DNA from: Welwitschia mirabilis
Lineage: Eukaryota
NCBI GenBank assembly: GCA_051453625.1
Contig: JBOZIK010000001.1
Coordinates: 1,497,254-1,546,462 of the forward strand
Length of the DNA stretch: 49,209 nucleotides
Reading direction: 5' to 3'
Part shown: positions 12,090 through 26,399 of the stretch, piece after piece
How positions within the stretch are numbered: the first letter of the stretch is position 1
Layout: the number at the start of each line of letters is the position of its first letter
Program-made: the position numbers and the translations under genes
The notes under the pieces: generated by a model
What the model was told of the DNA's origin: nothing
The model's input: only the letters and a program-made list of their open reading frames with translations
Database searches by the model: none

Positions 12090-12785
12090 GATATGCTAAT
12101 ATAGCTAATTATCTTCTTATGCATTATGTTCTTGATCATCAAAATATTCAAGATATAAATCATTTCTTACATGAGATTAATAGATAACTTTGGGAGTATC
12201 CTTATCTTTTAAAATGTTCTCCTAAGAAAATCATTGGTAAATGCATGCTATAATCTGCTATTATCATTATTTCAAAATTTGCAAATAATGATGTTTATGA
12301 AGATTTATTTTTATTTTTTTTCTTTTCTAGCTTTGATGGCCTTCCCACCCCTCCAAACATCCCCCAAAGATGCTTATGCATAGTGCAAGTTTTATGATAA
12401 ATTTTAGTGTTTAGAAAATTTTAAAAACAAGGATATAATAATACTTTCTTATTCTTATCATTAATATTTTTGGTATATTAGGGGAATACTTTGGAAGACC
12501 ATTTCCTCCATTTCTTGATTATCTTAATATGCTATTTTACTTTGACAATGTCACTACGCGGTGGAAAGCTATTCTGACTAGAACACATAATGCTAGAGTA
12601 GTTATTAGATTCTTGAAAAGCATATTTTATCCACTTTAATTATCTTAAAGCCCATATTATGGATGGATATATTAGTTTTTAAAATAAAATCATTAATAAT
12701 TTTATAAATAAATGTTGTCTCATATATAAATTTACTATTTTTTATCATCCATAAACTAATGATCAAGTCGAATTTATCAAATATA
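12090..12785 (+). pseudogene. Athila-type gypsy integrase relic
   Basis: YANIANYL, FLHEINR*LWEYPYL, KDAYA*CKFYDKF, RPFPP, WKAILTRTHNARVVIRFLK and TNDQVE correspond to Athila WYADIANYL / YFWDDPYL / GPFPPS / WVEAIPTRTNDARVV / TNGQVE. Confidence 0.8.
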
Positions 12786-12943
12786 TGGCTCCTCAATCTC
12801 ATCTACTTTTGTTATCTCTGCCACATGATAGCACTAATGCATCTACTATACTTCCACATGAAATCTTATCATATTTTATTTCTAAGAGTACCAATTTTAT
12901 CATAACCCCCTTGAAAATAATTTTTTGCCACTCAACTATGTCA

Positions 12944-13355
12944 TATAAGGGACCTTGTCCAACTTTTTAGATTGAACTGGATTAGCCTTTAGTGGCTGCT
13001 CCTTAAAAGGGGAAGATTCCATTTTAAGGATCTTTCCATGAAGGTTTTAACACTCTAACTAATGGCTGTTAACTTTTGGAAGTCGTAAAGTGATACTTAC
13101 ATGCAACTAAGTGTGACTACTATTTGGTAGTCCATAAAGGTTTCCATGACAATCTCTATTATAGAAAATAGAGGACCATGTATCCATAATATAGAATGTA
13201 GGCTATGAGGATATAAAGACCTCAAGACCCTATGTAGATAATGGACATTTGTCTCCTTCACTCTTGAGTAATTTACTTACTTTAGGCTTCACACTAATTC
13301 TTCATCCTCCTCACACTTAACCTCATTTGGTGACTCATGCATCATTTTCCCTACA
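12944..13355 (+). mobile_element. Possible Tat/Retand-like solo LTR
   Basis: Termini tataaggg...ccctaca (decayed TGTAGGG/CCCTACA), TATA-like tataaag near 13213, and tacttactttaggc resembling the Tat LTR ACTGACTT motif. No convincing TSD. Confidence 0.3.
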
Positions 13356-14453
13356 AGCCCTAGGTCTGATAGTGTCACCATCAATCTCTTCTCATGTTAG
13401 GAATACATTTTTCATGCATTATTACAACATTTATCATAAGTACCAAACCTTTTACTAGCTCTACTCCAAATTTATGGCATCTTACAACTTTTTCTTACTT
13501 TTGGTAAAACTAATGACTAATTATTATGATGTCATAAGGCCCCCTATGTCATAGGGTTCTTATCTTATAATGTTCAAGAGTGCATATGCTACTATGCTAT
13601 CAATTGAGAATTATTATTAATTGTAATAGCAATCTTAAATTTATAAAACTAGAGTAGTTTATTAAAGTTAACTCTATTTGTCATTCTTTCATATTAATTA
13701 CATGGAAATTTTAAAACTTGTACTACTCTAGGTTTATTTGGTAAAGTTATGTTTAACATTTATTTAAATTTAATTCATATAAGGTATAAAATAATTGATA
13801 TCATAAAAATTCTTTCCCTAAGCATTGGAAATAATTGTTTACAAGATAAACTATCAAGCAAGCATAAGCTACTATTATGATAAGTCATTAAGTACAAAAG
13901 GGTTTCATAGATAATAAATAGAATACATATTGTAGATGTTAAATGGCTTAAATATAAATGGTTTAGAGATGACTCATATTATAGTAAAGTATAACAAAAA
14001 GAGAATATCATAAAATATGTTATAAACTTTAATAGATCAATCATCTAAATCCTAAAAATATATCAATGGAAATAAGACTAAATAGTAAATATGAAAGAAT
14101 GCTTGAAGTGAACTATTGCATAGTTAGTAATCATAATTATATTCATAATGGAATAGAAAACTAGATCTGATCATAGATTAAAGTGAATTAATGCACAATG
14201 CAAACACTATGACAAAGTAGCAATCTAGTATAGAATTTGTACTTAGGCTTAATAAGGTAAATGACTTATACAATAATCATTCCCATATTCTTAAGTAGGA
14301 AAAAAAGAAGACTTAGAACCTCAACATAGTCATGAAAAATGAAGATCTAATAAAGGTTATCCAAAGATGAAATAGAATGGAATCTAACATGATATCACAT
14401 GAAAAATAAAGCTAGAGTAAAATCCATTAACCTTTAAGGTATGTTATGCTTAT

Positions 14454-15880
14454 TATTAACATGTAAAAATTGACATTATAATCAAGCTAAATGACCAAAG
14501 ACATTAAGATAATCAATTTTATAATAAAACTTATATTCTATTAATTTTTACAATAATTATGGACTTATCAATTGTTTATGATATTTTCATGGCATTTAAT
14601 GCATTATGAAGGATATTCTAAGTTTTGAAGGTCATCCAAGCTAGAGTACTAGTACTGTCAGCTAGAACTACTAGCGCCACCAACTATGAGGGTAGATCAC
14701 TTTCATTTTCACATTTTTAAAATGTGATGTTAGATTCAGTTAATTGGAGTTATGGGCTTGATCAGATTTTACCTTAAAAGTATCCTCCATCCTTGATGAC
14801 ATAATGTAGTGATGACATTGACTTATAATTAGTGACATTTGGTAGGAATAAGTAGGATGATGATGGAAATACATGTTGATGATGACAGTTGACAGAAGCA
14901 TCAACATCCAAGAGCCAAGTATTAGCCACATCATAAGAATCTCTACCTAATGAAAAAGATGATAAACCATCCTATCTAATGTTATTATCATGTAATTACT
15001 TACTCAACACTATAAGCCAAGAGCTCATTAATACTCCCATTCTTATGCTCATCTATAAAAGGGCCTTGAGTTCTCCATTATATTCATCCTTCATTTAGGC
15101 AAAGCATGAAACCTTTGAAGCATCAAGATGTAANNNNNNNNNNNNNNNNNNNNNNNNNNNNNNNNNNNNNNNNNNNNNNNNNNNNNNNNNNNNNNNNNNN
15201 NNNNNNNNNNNNNNNNNNNNNNNNNNNNNNNNNATTCATCCTTCATTTAGGCAAAGCATGAAACCATTGAAGCATCAAGATGTAATGGCCTTTTGAGTAC
15301 TTCGTTAGGGAGTGAGCTTGCTTTCAAGGAGCTTGAAGAATCCTTTCTACTCCCTTCATCTTTAATGTAATGTACATTTTTTTGATTTAGTACTAAATAG
15401 TTATTTCTTTTGATTATTACTTTTAATTTAGTTTATGCTAGAAATGCTTAAGGGATAATGCACTATCAAGTTTTTCTTTGATCAATCAAATGAATTTGAT
15501 TAAGTTAATTTATTCATGGTCTTAGTAATTTCATGGATCTTGCAGATAGTTAGTTTGCACTTTCCGTTTTTATTATAAGGCTATGGAATCAATGGAAATT
15601 GAATTTAACAATACTCAAATGGTAAATGAGGTTATGTTACCATGACCTTAGTCTTTACACTTAATGATTTAGAGTTTATTTCAGGTGAGTGATACATATG
15701 ATTGAGTGAGAACATATAGAAGGATGAATTTGTAATCCCTTAGAGCTTGCTCACTTTCCATTTTTCTAGATGTAGTTTCAAAATCAATTTCTTATCTCCC
15801 TTTTTCTCCTTTTTTTTAATTTATAACTTGCAAGGTAATAAGAGTTTATGTAATTTCTATTTATCCAATCCCAACTATCA
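14454..15880 (+). repeat. Athila-like LTR (family B), cut off on the right by the SIRE element
   Basis: 14454-15000 aligns colinearly with 38212-38725. TATA-like tataaaa near 15054. No PPT upstream, so it is a 5' or solo LTR. Confidence 0.75.
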
Positions 15881-15881
15881 C

Positions 15882-16926
15882 TGTGGAAGAAACCTAGAGG
15901 AAAGGTGAAAAGACTTTTTCACAAAGATATTACTGTTAAAAATTATTCAAAAGAATATAAGAATATATTTGAATATGAATGAAAAAAGTTATTAAAAATA
16001 ATATAATGAAATATAACAAAAGAAAATAACTAAAATGAAAAAGTAAAAATTATGCACCAAATAAAATGATCTATCATGGTTCAAGAAAATGCCCCTACTT
16101 TATTCTTAGCTATTAGCTTCAACTCTAAGTTGATTTAAATCTTCATTGCTTTCTTTTTAGGTTTTTAAGTCAACCTGTAACCTATACAAATGGATTTTTT
16201 GAGGCTCAATTTAAAATTTTACAAAACTAAGATTTTGGTGAGAGAAGTGTAACTAAGTATACTAGCTTCACCTAATCTAAAGTACAACAATGATGGAATA
16301 TACTACTTGGAAAGTAGTTTATAACTACAAGCTCATATAGTGTAGTAAATTGATTTAACCAAATATATCAATAGTGCAAATTTTCTTTTCTTAGAGAAAC
16401 ACTAGTGGTAAAAAGATTTGTATTCACTTCTTTATATAGGAGATAGGTTTAGTACACTAAAAAGTGAGTATAACACATCAACAACTAAAAATAAAAGGAG
16501 TAACATCTAGAAATCAATTTAAAAAGTTACACTTTCACTTTGATTGGTCGATCCTTAAAACATCTAGTTAATTTGATTGATTGTTATCAATTAATTTGGT
16601 TAACTCCTCTTTCTTTTGCTCAATCCAATTAACTTACATCACATGACCAGTTTGATCCCATCTGATATTTGGTTAACTACCTTTGTGTAGACCCAATCGA
16701 CCCTTTATGGAACCTGGTTAACCACCTTTATCTAGGTCTAGTTAATGTCTTCTTAAATCTAATTGACCCCTTATGAAAAATATCATTTTTTAGACAAGAA
16801 TGAGGTCTAAAGAAAATATTAGTTTATGTCTAACCTATAAGGCTTTATTAACATGAAATATTTACAACATATTTGAACTATATAATATATGTTAATTTGA
16901 CATCAATTTGGAAATATAACTCAACA
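15882..16926 (-). repeat. SIRE 3' LTR
   Basis: Direct repeat of 23456-24491. Begins tgttgag on the minus strand, immediately after the PPT. Confidence 0.9.
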
Positions 16927-17295
16927 ATCTCCCTCTTTGACATTGATGGAAAAGTATCTATGATAAAAAATAATAATAAAAACAATACCAATTTTGATGG
17001 GAGGCTTTCATGACTTCCCTTATTAATGTATCATATGATATATGAGATTTTTATAAATAAAAAATATGTAATATCATTGACATATATTACTCAACACAGA
17101 TTTTTATAAATAAAAAAATATGAAATATCATTGACATATAATAAAACTACAATTGAACATACAGATAGAAAAAGTAATTTTTAAAAATCAAACATAAGAG
17201 TATATTTAATAGAATAGAAAGATATCTTTAACATAATAGTAACAACAATACTATATTTTTCTCCCCATTTTAACATCAACAACAAAGGAGGAAAA
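16927..17295 (-). promoter_or_regulatory. PPT (16927-16938) and upstream multi-PPT region
   Basis: Minus strand aaagagggagat abuts the LTR. Further palindromic PPT-like boxes occur at about 16990-17020 and 17258-17295. Confidence 0.75.
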
Positions 17296-17309
17296 CCCAC
17301 ATAAAAAAA

Positions 17310-18368
17310 CTCATTTGATTCTTCTTATTCTTCAAATTCTTATTTTTATTTGAAGTCCTTTTCTTCTTCTTCTTCTTCTTCTTCTTCTTCTACTGCTATT
17401 GCTGCCTCTTTTTGATAAGAATTGCTGACTTCTTCTAAGATATCTACAATTGATACCCTACTATAATAATAACTTCCTTCATGTGACATGTATAAGAATC
17501 TAATCTTTTGAGATAAGACAAGATCTCAATAGAAGAGGCATTCTTTAGAGAAGGAGATTTAGAGGATTCAGATCCTAAAGATATGCATTACTGAAAGAGT
17601 GACACACCCTATTGAAGACATGGAAGTTAAATTTTCAATCTCAAGTAAAACTAAACTTTAAAAGGCTAACAAATATTTAAAATGAGAAGAAAATAAGGAA
17701 GAGCTCTAGTCTTATAATATGCATGCTAAAAGACCATATTCTTGAAGATAATGGTAGAGGCATTAATGGTATGATGAGTTCCTATCAAATATAGGAAATA
17801 TGCTCTAAACTTAAAGGTCTTATCATGATGACCAGCAAAGGATAAAAAGTTGTAAGTAAAACCAAGATGTAAAAAGTATTACTTAGGAGTAATATAGAAA
17901 ATTAAGAGGATGGTTTTCCAACAGATAAACTAACCATATAGCTCATGAGTAACTTTAGTCTTGTCCTTCATGAAGTCAATCAAAGGTCAGAACTCCTCAT
18001 AGTCCCTCTTATGACTAAAACAATCAGATTTGGGATAATATTCATCTCTTTCCCAAAACAAATGTTAAAAGGATAAATGAATCAGCATCATAAGTGGCAT
18101 TTGCATAAAACATGCAAGTAAGAAAAGGATAAGTAAAGCTAAATGTATCAAGAAAATAAGAAAGATCTAGATCATTAGAAATACTTATAACATTAAGAAG
18201 CTCCTTCAACTCACTAAAGATAGCTGGGCATTCCTAACATATAGGCTTCTTCTCAAACTTTTAAGTAAATCTATTAATGGCTTCTTCTAATATGCGTAGA
18301 TAAAAATAAGCTAGATCTCTGCTAGTAAGATCTTTTTACCTTAATTTTCTTGAGGACTCATCTTCCAT
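17310..18368 (-). pseudogene. Sirevirus env-like / extra ORF relic with acidic C-terminal tail
   Basis: Lies between RNase H and the PPT. Reads MEDESSRK...FTYPFLTCMFYANA... and ends in poly-Glu, (ttc)n at about 17360-17390. A similar tail occurs at 48600-48653. Confidence 0.6.
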
Positions 18369-18799
18369 GCTTGTAATATGGCACTTGTCAAAAACAAGAA
18401 GAAAAATGAAGGAAGCAGACAAGAAATGAGAAAGACAAGTGAAAGACAGGTGTGAAATGAACAAGATAGGGTTTCAAAAGCTTTTATAAATGGGATGAAC
18501 TAAGTTGGATTTGAGAAAAAATTCTAGTCCACTATATTTCTTCCACTGTTAGTTCCCCAAGTCTAATTGTCTTGGTTTAAGTCTAGTTGATCTTTCAAGA
18601 TGAGAGTCTTTCTTACCAAGATTCGATTAACTAGGATTATTGGGCTATACCTGAAAAAGATCTAGAGGACCAAGTTAAAATCCAGTCAAACTAATTTATT
18701 TAGATCTAGTTAATCAGATTGAAACTCTAGTTGACTATCCTACTTTTATTTAGAAGATGGTGATAGAACCCTGAGTTCACATTGAAGATTTAAAATTTA

Positions 18800-21700
18800 T
18801 CAAAGCTTAGGGGTTTTATGAAGATATTAGCTAGCTATTAATTAGTGTTTACAAAATTCATGGTAATATTCCCTTTTTCAAGTTGATCTCTAAGAAAATA
18901 ATGTCTAAGTTCCATATGTTTAGTATAAGAATGTTGAACAAGATATTTTAATATGTTAATTACACTCTTGTTATTACCAAAGATGGATACNNNNNNNNNN
19001 AGAATTTTCTTCATCCATAGAAAATTGGTACAATAGCTTCTTGCTACTACATATTTTGCTTCAACTATGGAGAGAGAAATGAAATTTTGTTTCTTACTTA
19101 CTTAATCTATCAAACAAGTGCCAAGGAAGAAATAATTACCACTTGTACTTTTTTGATCGTCCTTACATCTAGCCGAGTTTGCATTACTAAATCCTATAAG
19201 ATCAAAAGATGTTCCCTCAGGATACCATAACCCATAATTACTAGTACCTTTATGTATCTTATGATTTATTTTATAGCTTAAAAGTGTGATTCCTTGGGGT
19301 TTACCTGATGTCTTGCATAAATAACCATACTAAACATTACATTAGGTCTATTAGCTATTAAATACAATTGACTTCCTATCATAGTCATATAAAGTTTTTT
19401 ATTGATTAATTTTTTTTAGTTGTCAAGACTGATTTTACATGTTGTTGACATGGGAGTGGTGGTTGATTTTGCATTTTCAAATTCAAACATTTCAGCAAAT
19501 CCTTAGCATACTTTGTTTCTCAAGCCCAAACATTTCACCAAGTCCTTAGCATAATTTAATTGGAAAATAAATATTCCTTGATTAGTTTGTCTAATTTTCA
19601 TTCTAAGAAAAATACTTAGTTCTATTAGCATATTCTTCTCAAAGTGTTTTATCATGATATTTGTAAACTCTTTAGATGATTCATCCTTTGAAGCTTCAAA
19701 AATTATATCATTGATATATATCTAAATAATAATGAAGTCTTGTTCAAATTTCTTTAGAAAGAGAGTTTTAGCTGTAGATCCTTGGTTATAACCTCTATCC
19801 TCAAGAAAGGTTGTTAATTTTTCATACCATACCTTAGGGGATTGTTTTTATCTATATAAGGTTTTTTGAATTTACAGACATTGTTTGGTTTATGAGGATC
19901 TATAAATCCTCTAGCTTGCTCCACATACACCTCTTCATTGAGCACACCATTTAAGAAAGCATTTTTTACATCCATTTGGAAAGCTTTAAAATTTTTAAAA
20001 GTTGTGAATGAAAGAAACACTCTAATGCTATCTAAATTAACCACAAGAGTAAAGTTTTCTTCTACATCGATTCTTTCAATATGATTGTATCCTTATGCCA
20101 CTAGTCTTGCCTTGTTCTTAATCGTGTTGTTGTGTTTATCACCTTTATTCTTAAAGATTCATTTTGTTTCAATTACATCCTGATTTTTAGGTCTTTCAAC
20201 TAGCTTCCAAATATTATTTCTTTTAGATTGATGTAACTTCTCTTACATTACCATCATCTATTCTTTATGAATTTTAGCCTCTTCATATTTCTTGGGTTCA
20301 ACCTGACACACATAGCATACATAAGCATAGAAGTTTTTAAGTGAGTGTCTACTATACATCCTTGAATTTACATCTCTAATAACTCAATCAAGGTGATGAT
20401 TCTTTAATTCTTGAAAATGTTTTATAGCTAATTCTTTTATTGTTTTATTTTCCTTCATTTCTGTATATTCCTTATCATTTATGTAATTTTGTAAGAGATT
20501 TTATTTATCACCTGAAGACAATGGTTTGGGACTGGTGTCATTAATTTATACATTTATAGATTCTTTCACTATTAGGACTTATTTTTTAAAGACTTTATAA
20601 GCTCTACTTCTAGTGGAATATCCGAAAAAAATTACTTTATTTACTTTAGACTCAAATTTACTTAAATGTTCTCTATCTTTCAAAATACAACATTTACTTC
20701 CAAAGATTTTAAAATAAGATACATTTAAATTTTTTCCTTTCCAAATACCATAGGAAATTTTATTCATATTAGACATTAGATACACTTTGTTAATGATGTA
20801 ACATGTAGTACTTACTACTTTGGTGCAAAAAGTTCTTGGAACCTCTTTATCATTCAACATTATTCTTGTCATATCTTGGAGAACCTGTTTTTCCTTTCAA
20901 CTATCCCATTTTGTTATGGAGTTTTTGGTGTTGAAAACTCATGCTTAATTCCATTATCCATATAATATTTTTCAAAATGATGGTTTTTAAATTTACCTCC
21001 ATGATCACTTCTAATTTGTTTGATAGAGCATTCTTTTTCATTCTAAATTTTGTTGTAAATTTCAACAAATATCTTGAATGTTTTAACTCTGTTTTCTAAT
21101 AAGGAAATCTAAGTAACTATAGAGTAGTCATTAATAATTCTCAAAAAAAAATTATTTTTTTGTTAGGATTTTAGTTTGAAAAGGGCTTACCAAGTTCATA
21201 TGAATAAGTTTAAGAGGTATAGATGTGGAGACTAAGTTTTTACTTTTATGAGAGGTTCTTATTTGTTTTCCTTTCTAACGAGCATCATACAACCCATGTT
21301 TATTAATGTTAATTCTAGGAATGCCTCTCATAATTTTCTTTTTGATGAGGATTTTAAGTTAATCATAGTTTACATATCCTAAGCATTGGTGCCATAACTC
21401 TTCTTAGTTAACTTGTAAAAAATGATAAACAGGAAAGCCTTATTAAATACTGTAATGTATCTATTCTATTTACTTTAAGAAGAACCTCATCTATTATACC
21501 ATGTCTAACTTCATACTTTTGACTATTAAAAACAACTCTATGACCTTTACCACAAATTTGAGTAATACTAAGCAAATTATGTTAAAGGCCATTTACATAT
21601 AGAAATTTGTTAATTTTAGGCATATTACCTCTACCAATGCTTCTTATGCCTTCAATCTTTACTTTTCCATCATTACTAAAGGCCATGTCTTTCCTATTAA

Positions 21701-23391
21701 AGTAATCTAGACATTGAAATCTTAATTTATCCCTAACATATAGTGAGAGCAATCACTTTCCAACTATTGGCTAGTTCCACTGCTAAACCTAAAAGCTATT
21801 TGGACTAATAAACTTTTTAAATTGCCAGCCCTTACGCATTTAGTCTTTTTGGACTATTATGATAGTGAATTTTTAAGAATAAATTTGAAAGAAAAAGTAC
21901 TAGTATGAATTAAAAAAAGCATAACCTTTTTAAAATTACAAAATAACTTAGAGTGACCTGAATTGCCACAAAAATGATAGGTATTCTTTAAAATAATTAA
22001 GTTACCTAATCAGAAGAAGTGGATAATTTTATGAAAGGAAATCCAATACCTATTTTATCATGGACTAATTTTTCTATTTTAAGCATCTATTCCAATTTGG
22101 TAGAGTTATTAGAAAATTTAATTAAAAAATTAAATAAACTTTTTACCTCTTGGACTAATCCTTTGTTCTCCATTTGAATTTTCTTATAATTTACCTCTAA
22201 AAATTTCTTTTTCTTATTTAAAAACTTTAATATCTTGTTTAGCTTATTTATTTTCTTGATTAGCTTTTCAAATTCTGAGTATAGCTCTTAATAGACATCT
22301 TCTAAATATTTTTCCCCTTCCTCTATGATATCTAAATGATCTAGTTCGACTAGACAAGGAATTTTATTTAAGGTTAGGACTATTGAAATAAAGGAAAGTC
22401 TTTTATCTCCTTCTAAATCTTGACTAGAGTTGCTATCTTATTCATACTCTAAGTTATCCCTTAGATATTCTTTGATTCCTTTTGTTATTTAGACATTTAT
22501 TTGCAACATGTTCATACCCTTTATAGACATAGAACTAGATCTTCTTTTCTTGGTCTCTTCGTAGCTTGAATTAATTCCTTCTTAACCCTTTGCTTAATTT
22601 CTCATTTCTTTTCTTGTATAAGAATTTTTTGAATCTTCCTCCTAATAATGCAACCTCATCCTCATTAAGGTTATCATCTGATCTCTTAAAATTTGCTTCA
22701 TCCTATACACTTTTTAAAGCAAGACTCTTCTTTTTATCTTTTAGAAATTTTAGTTTCTAATTTGAAGATTACCTTGCAATTCATCCACAACCATTAGGTT
22801 GATGTTCTTACTTTATTCAATGGTAGTTACCTTTGGCTTAAAATGCTTGGAAAGAGATCTTAAATTTTTTTTTAATCACTTTTACTTCATCCATGTTTTC
22901 TTTAGGCTCGCCATTGAGTTCACTGTATCTATCAGTAGGGCAAAGAAATTCTAGAGAGTTTCTTCCTCCATACAAATATCTTCAGACTTCGTGATGAGCA
23001 TTTATAATTTTACCTATTTTATGATGGATGTCCCGTCATGAGTTATTTCAAGAATATCTCATGCTTCTTTGAAAGTTTCACAATTTATAATTATCTTAAT
23101 TTCTTCTATACACATAACAAAAAAATTAGCATTAAGAGCATGGGTATTCACAGTTGCATTAGCTTTATCAATAGGAGTCCATTAGTCTCTCGGTTTTAAA
23201 TTGGTTTTGGTATTTCCATGACTATCCTTTTTGGTCATTGTAGAGTATTCATATCCATTGTAAATTACCTCTTATATATCAACATTAAGAGATCTAAGGA
23301 AAATTCTCATCTTGGCCTTACAATAAGTATAGTTGGTTCTATTAAATAACAATGATTTTCTAGTAGAGAATTCATCTGAGGGGTCATTCAT
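18800..23391 (-). pseudogene. SIRE gag-pol pseudogene
   Basis: ATG at 23391 (MNDPS...FNRTNYTYCKAKMRIFL); KILRSLSKHFKPKVTTIE; protease near 21750; integrase ORF 20579-20872; RT ORF 19814-20044 (QMDVKNAFLNGVLNEEVYVEQ); RNase H at about 19200-18800. Confidence 0.92.
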
Positions 23392-23440
23392 GGCTAGAGT
23401 TATAAGTAAATATTTTTTAGAATCTATTACTGACTTAACC

Positions 23441-23453
23441 TACTCTAATACCA
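23441..23453 (-). promoter_or_regulatory. PBS, initiator tRNA-Met type
   Basis: Minus strand tggtattagagta vs consensus tggtatcagagc, 2 nt from the LTR end. Confidence 0.85.
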
Positions 23454-23455
23454 AA

Positions 23456-24491
23456 TAAAAAATCTACAAAACCTTAAGGGAAGTGAATAGGTTTCTCATA
23501 AATATATTACTCTTATAAATTATTTAAAAGAATATAACAATATGTTTGAACATGAATGGAAAAATCTACTAGAATGAGTTTAACCAGATATAACAAAAGA
23601 AAATAACTAAAATAATAAAATGAAAATTGTGTACTAGAAAAAATGATTTATAGTGATTCAAGAAAATATCCCTACTCTACTCAAGCTACCAACTTTAGCC
23701 CTAAGCTAATACAAATATTCATTGCTTTTCATTCAAGTTTTTAGGTTAACCTATAACCTTTACAAACAAAATTTTTAAGGCTTAATTATAACCTTTATAG
23801 AACAAAGCTTTTGGTAAGGGAAGTATGTCTAAGTGCACTAGCTTTACCTGATCTAAAATACAATAATGATGAAATACACTGATTGGAAAGTAATTCATAA
23901 GTATAAGATCATAAAATGAAGTAGATTGCTTTAACTAAAAGATATCAATAGTACAAATGTTATTTTCTTGGACAAAAACCAGTGGTCAAAAGATTTTATT
24001 CATTTATTTATATAGGAGACAAGTTTAGTATCGAAAAGTGAATCTAACATACCAATGGCTAAAAATGGAAGGAGTAACATCTATAAATTAGTCACTTCTG
24101 CTTTAACTGGTTGGCTCTTTAAAACATCTAATTGATCTGATTGATTACCATCACTTAATTTAGTTGACCCCTATTTATTCCGATAGATCCAATTGGATTT
24201 TTGTTACATGATCCAGTAGAATCCATCTGATATCTAGTTGACTACCTTTACCTAGGTCTTGTTAACCTCTTATGGGATTTGGTCGACTATCTTTGTTTAG
24301 GTGTAGTCGACTCCTTCTTGAATTTGATAGATCTCTTATGAAAAGTGAAAGTTTTTGGATAAGAATACGATGTGAGAAAAATATTAGTTTAGATCTGACC
24401 TGTAAGGCTATATTAACCTAAAATATTTATAACATATTTGAACTATATAATATATGTAAGTTCAACATCAATTTAGCAATACAACTCAACA
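23456..24491 (-). repeat. SIRE 5' LTR
   Basis: Direct repeat of 15882-16926, adjacent to the PBS. Confidence 0.9.
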
Positions 24492-26399
24492 AATGATATG
24501 CTAGCTAATTAGAAATAGTATAACTTTTTCTTTCTAGTAAGTTTTTATTTTTCTAGTGGTCGGTACTTATTCTTTCTAGTGATACCCAAACTGGTCAATT
24601 TTTCCTTTTTTTGTGTGTTTATTTGTTTTTCCATCTAGTGGTTAGTACTGGCCATTTTAGTGATACCCCAAATATACCTATTTTAATTTTTTTTTAGTTT
24701 TATTTACTTTAATCTGATTTGATTACAAGGCTTACAATGTTTTTGTAGGATTACAACCAAGGAGTATAAAACTAAAAATTAACTTACTTTGTATTTTTAA
24801 AATTTTTTTACATTTTTTTTTTCGATTTTTTGTGTGAGCTTGTTATTAAAAAAATAATAAAATCTAAAAATTTTAATTAATTTTTATGAAGCATGGATTT
24901 TTTTTAATTTCTGTTTCAGTTTTTTGAGACCCTATAATGATGAACACTTTACTATAATTATGCAAATCCTCAAAATTTTTCTATAATTGAAATTCTCATC
25001 TTAACTAGTGCCATCATCTTTCACGATAAGTGCTGACAACCATTTTACTTAAAACACTCTTAAAAATTGGAGAAGCCCTTTTCTCAACTTAGTAAAATTG
25101 TTCCTATGTCAGGCCTCCTCTATTTTTGTAAAAAATTAAGAAAATGTAAATCTTGAAGTTAATTTTGAAATCTGTTTTCTAAAAATTTTAAACTTGAGTT
25201 GAGTGCATAATCCATTTAAAACATATTTTAAATGCCTTTTTNNNNNNNNNNNNNNNNNNNNNNNNNNNNNNNNNNNNNNNNNNNNNNNNNNNNNNNNNNN
25301 NNNNNNNNNNNNNNNNNNNNNNNNNNNNNNNNNNNNNNNNNNNNNNNNNNNNNNNNNNNNNNNNNNNNNNNNNNNNNNNNNNNNNNNNNNNNNNNNNNNN
25401 NNNNNNNNNNNNNNNNNNNNNNNNNNNNNNNNNNNNNNNNNNNNNNNNNNNNNNNNNNNNNNNNNNNNNNNNNNNNNNNNNNNNNNNNNNNNNNNNNNNN
25501 NNNNNNNNNNNNNNNNNNNNNNNNNNNNNNNNNNNNNNNNNNNNNNNNNNNNNNNNNNNNNNNNNNNNNNNNNNNNNNNNNNNNNNNNNNNNNNNNNNNN
25601 NNNNNNNNNNNNNNNNNNNNNNNNNNNNNNNNNNNNNNNNNNNNNNNNNNNNNNNNNNNNNNNNNNNNNNNNNNNNNNNNNNNNNNNNNNNNNNNNNNNN
25701 NNNNNNNNNNNNNNNNNNNNNNNNNNNNNNNNNNNNNNNNNNNNNNNNNNNNNNNNNNNNNNNNNNNNNNNNNNNNNNNNNNNNNNNNNNNNNNNNNNNN
25801 NNNNNNNNNNNNNNNNNNNNNNNNNNNNNNNNNNNNNNNNNNNNNNNNNNNNNNNNNNNNNNNNNNNNNNNNNNNNNNNNNNNNNNNNNNNNNNNNNNNN
25901 NNNNNNNNNNNNNNNNNNNNNNNNNNNNNNNNNNNNNNNNNNNNNNNNNNNNNNNNNNNNNNNNNNNNNNNNNNNNNNNNNNNNNNNNNNNNNNNNNNNN
26001 NNNNNNNNNNNNNNNNNNNNNNNNNNNNNNNNNNNNNNNNNNNNNNNNNNNNNNNNNNNNNNNNNNNNNNNNNNNNNNNNNNNNNNNNNNNNNNNNNNNN
26101 NNNNNNNNNNNNNNNNNNNNNNNNNNNNNNNNNNNNNNNNNNNNNNNNNNNNNNNNNNNNNNNNNNNNNNATCCTTTACCCTTCTTTCCATATGTATATG
26201 ATAGACGCCCTTCACATACCAATCAAACTCCTTATCATAAATTTTAAAAACCTTATTTTCAATAAGATTTTAATCCCACATATTTCGTTGCATCTCATAA
26301 CCCTTATCCTTTATCATTTGATCCCTGCCATTCATTGTCCTTCGTTTAACAACCTTTATTTACCCTGTTTGAGGAGAGAGTAAAAATTTTCATGAATAC

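Larger units (their letters stand above)
15882..24491 (-). mobile_element. Full-length, decayed SIRE/Sirevirus (Ty1/copia) element with env-like ORF
   Basis: Two homologous LTRs of about 1.04 kb, Met-i PBS, gag-PR-INT-RT-RH, an extra 3' ORF, multiple PPT boxes, and SIRE-type PPT/LTR (gggagat tgttg) and U5-end (attcac..cctctagg-like) signatures. Confidence 0.92.

Noticed and set aside
13500-14450. Minus-strand Athila-like LTR fragment
   Set aside because: The composition is suggestive, but I could verify no terminus, PBS/PPT or alignment to other LTRs in the window.
15083-15285. Direct repeats flanking gaps (also 27544/27669, 32855/33500, 44512/44883, 48728/48934)
   Set aside because: Near-identical sequence on both sides of N gaps is typical of unmerged contig overlaps or heterozygous alleles, not biological repeats.
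17360-17392. (TTC)n microsatellite as an independent feature
   Set aside because: It is the poly-Glu tail of the env-like ORF on the minus strand.
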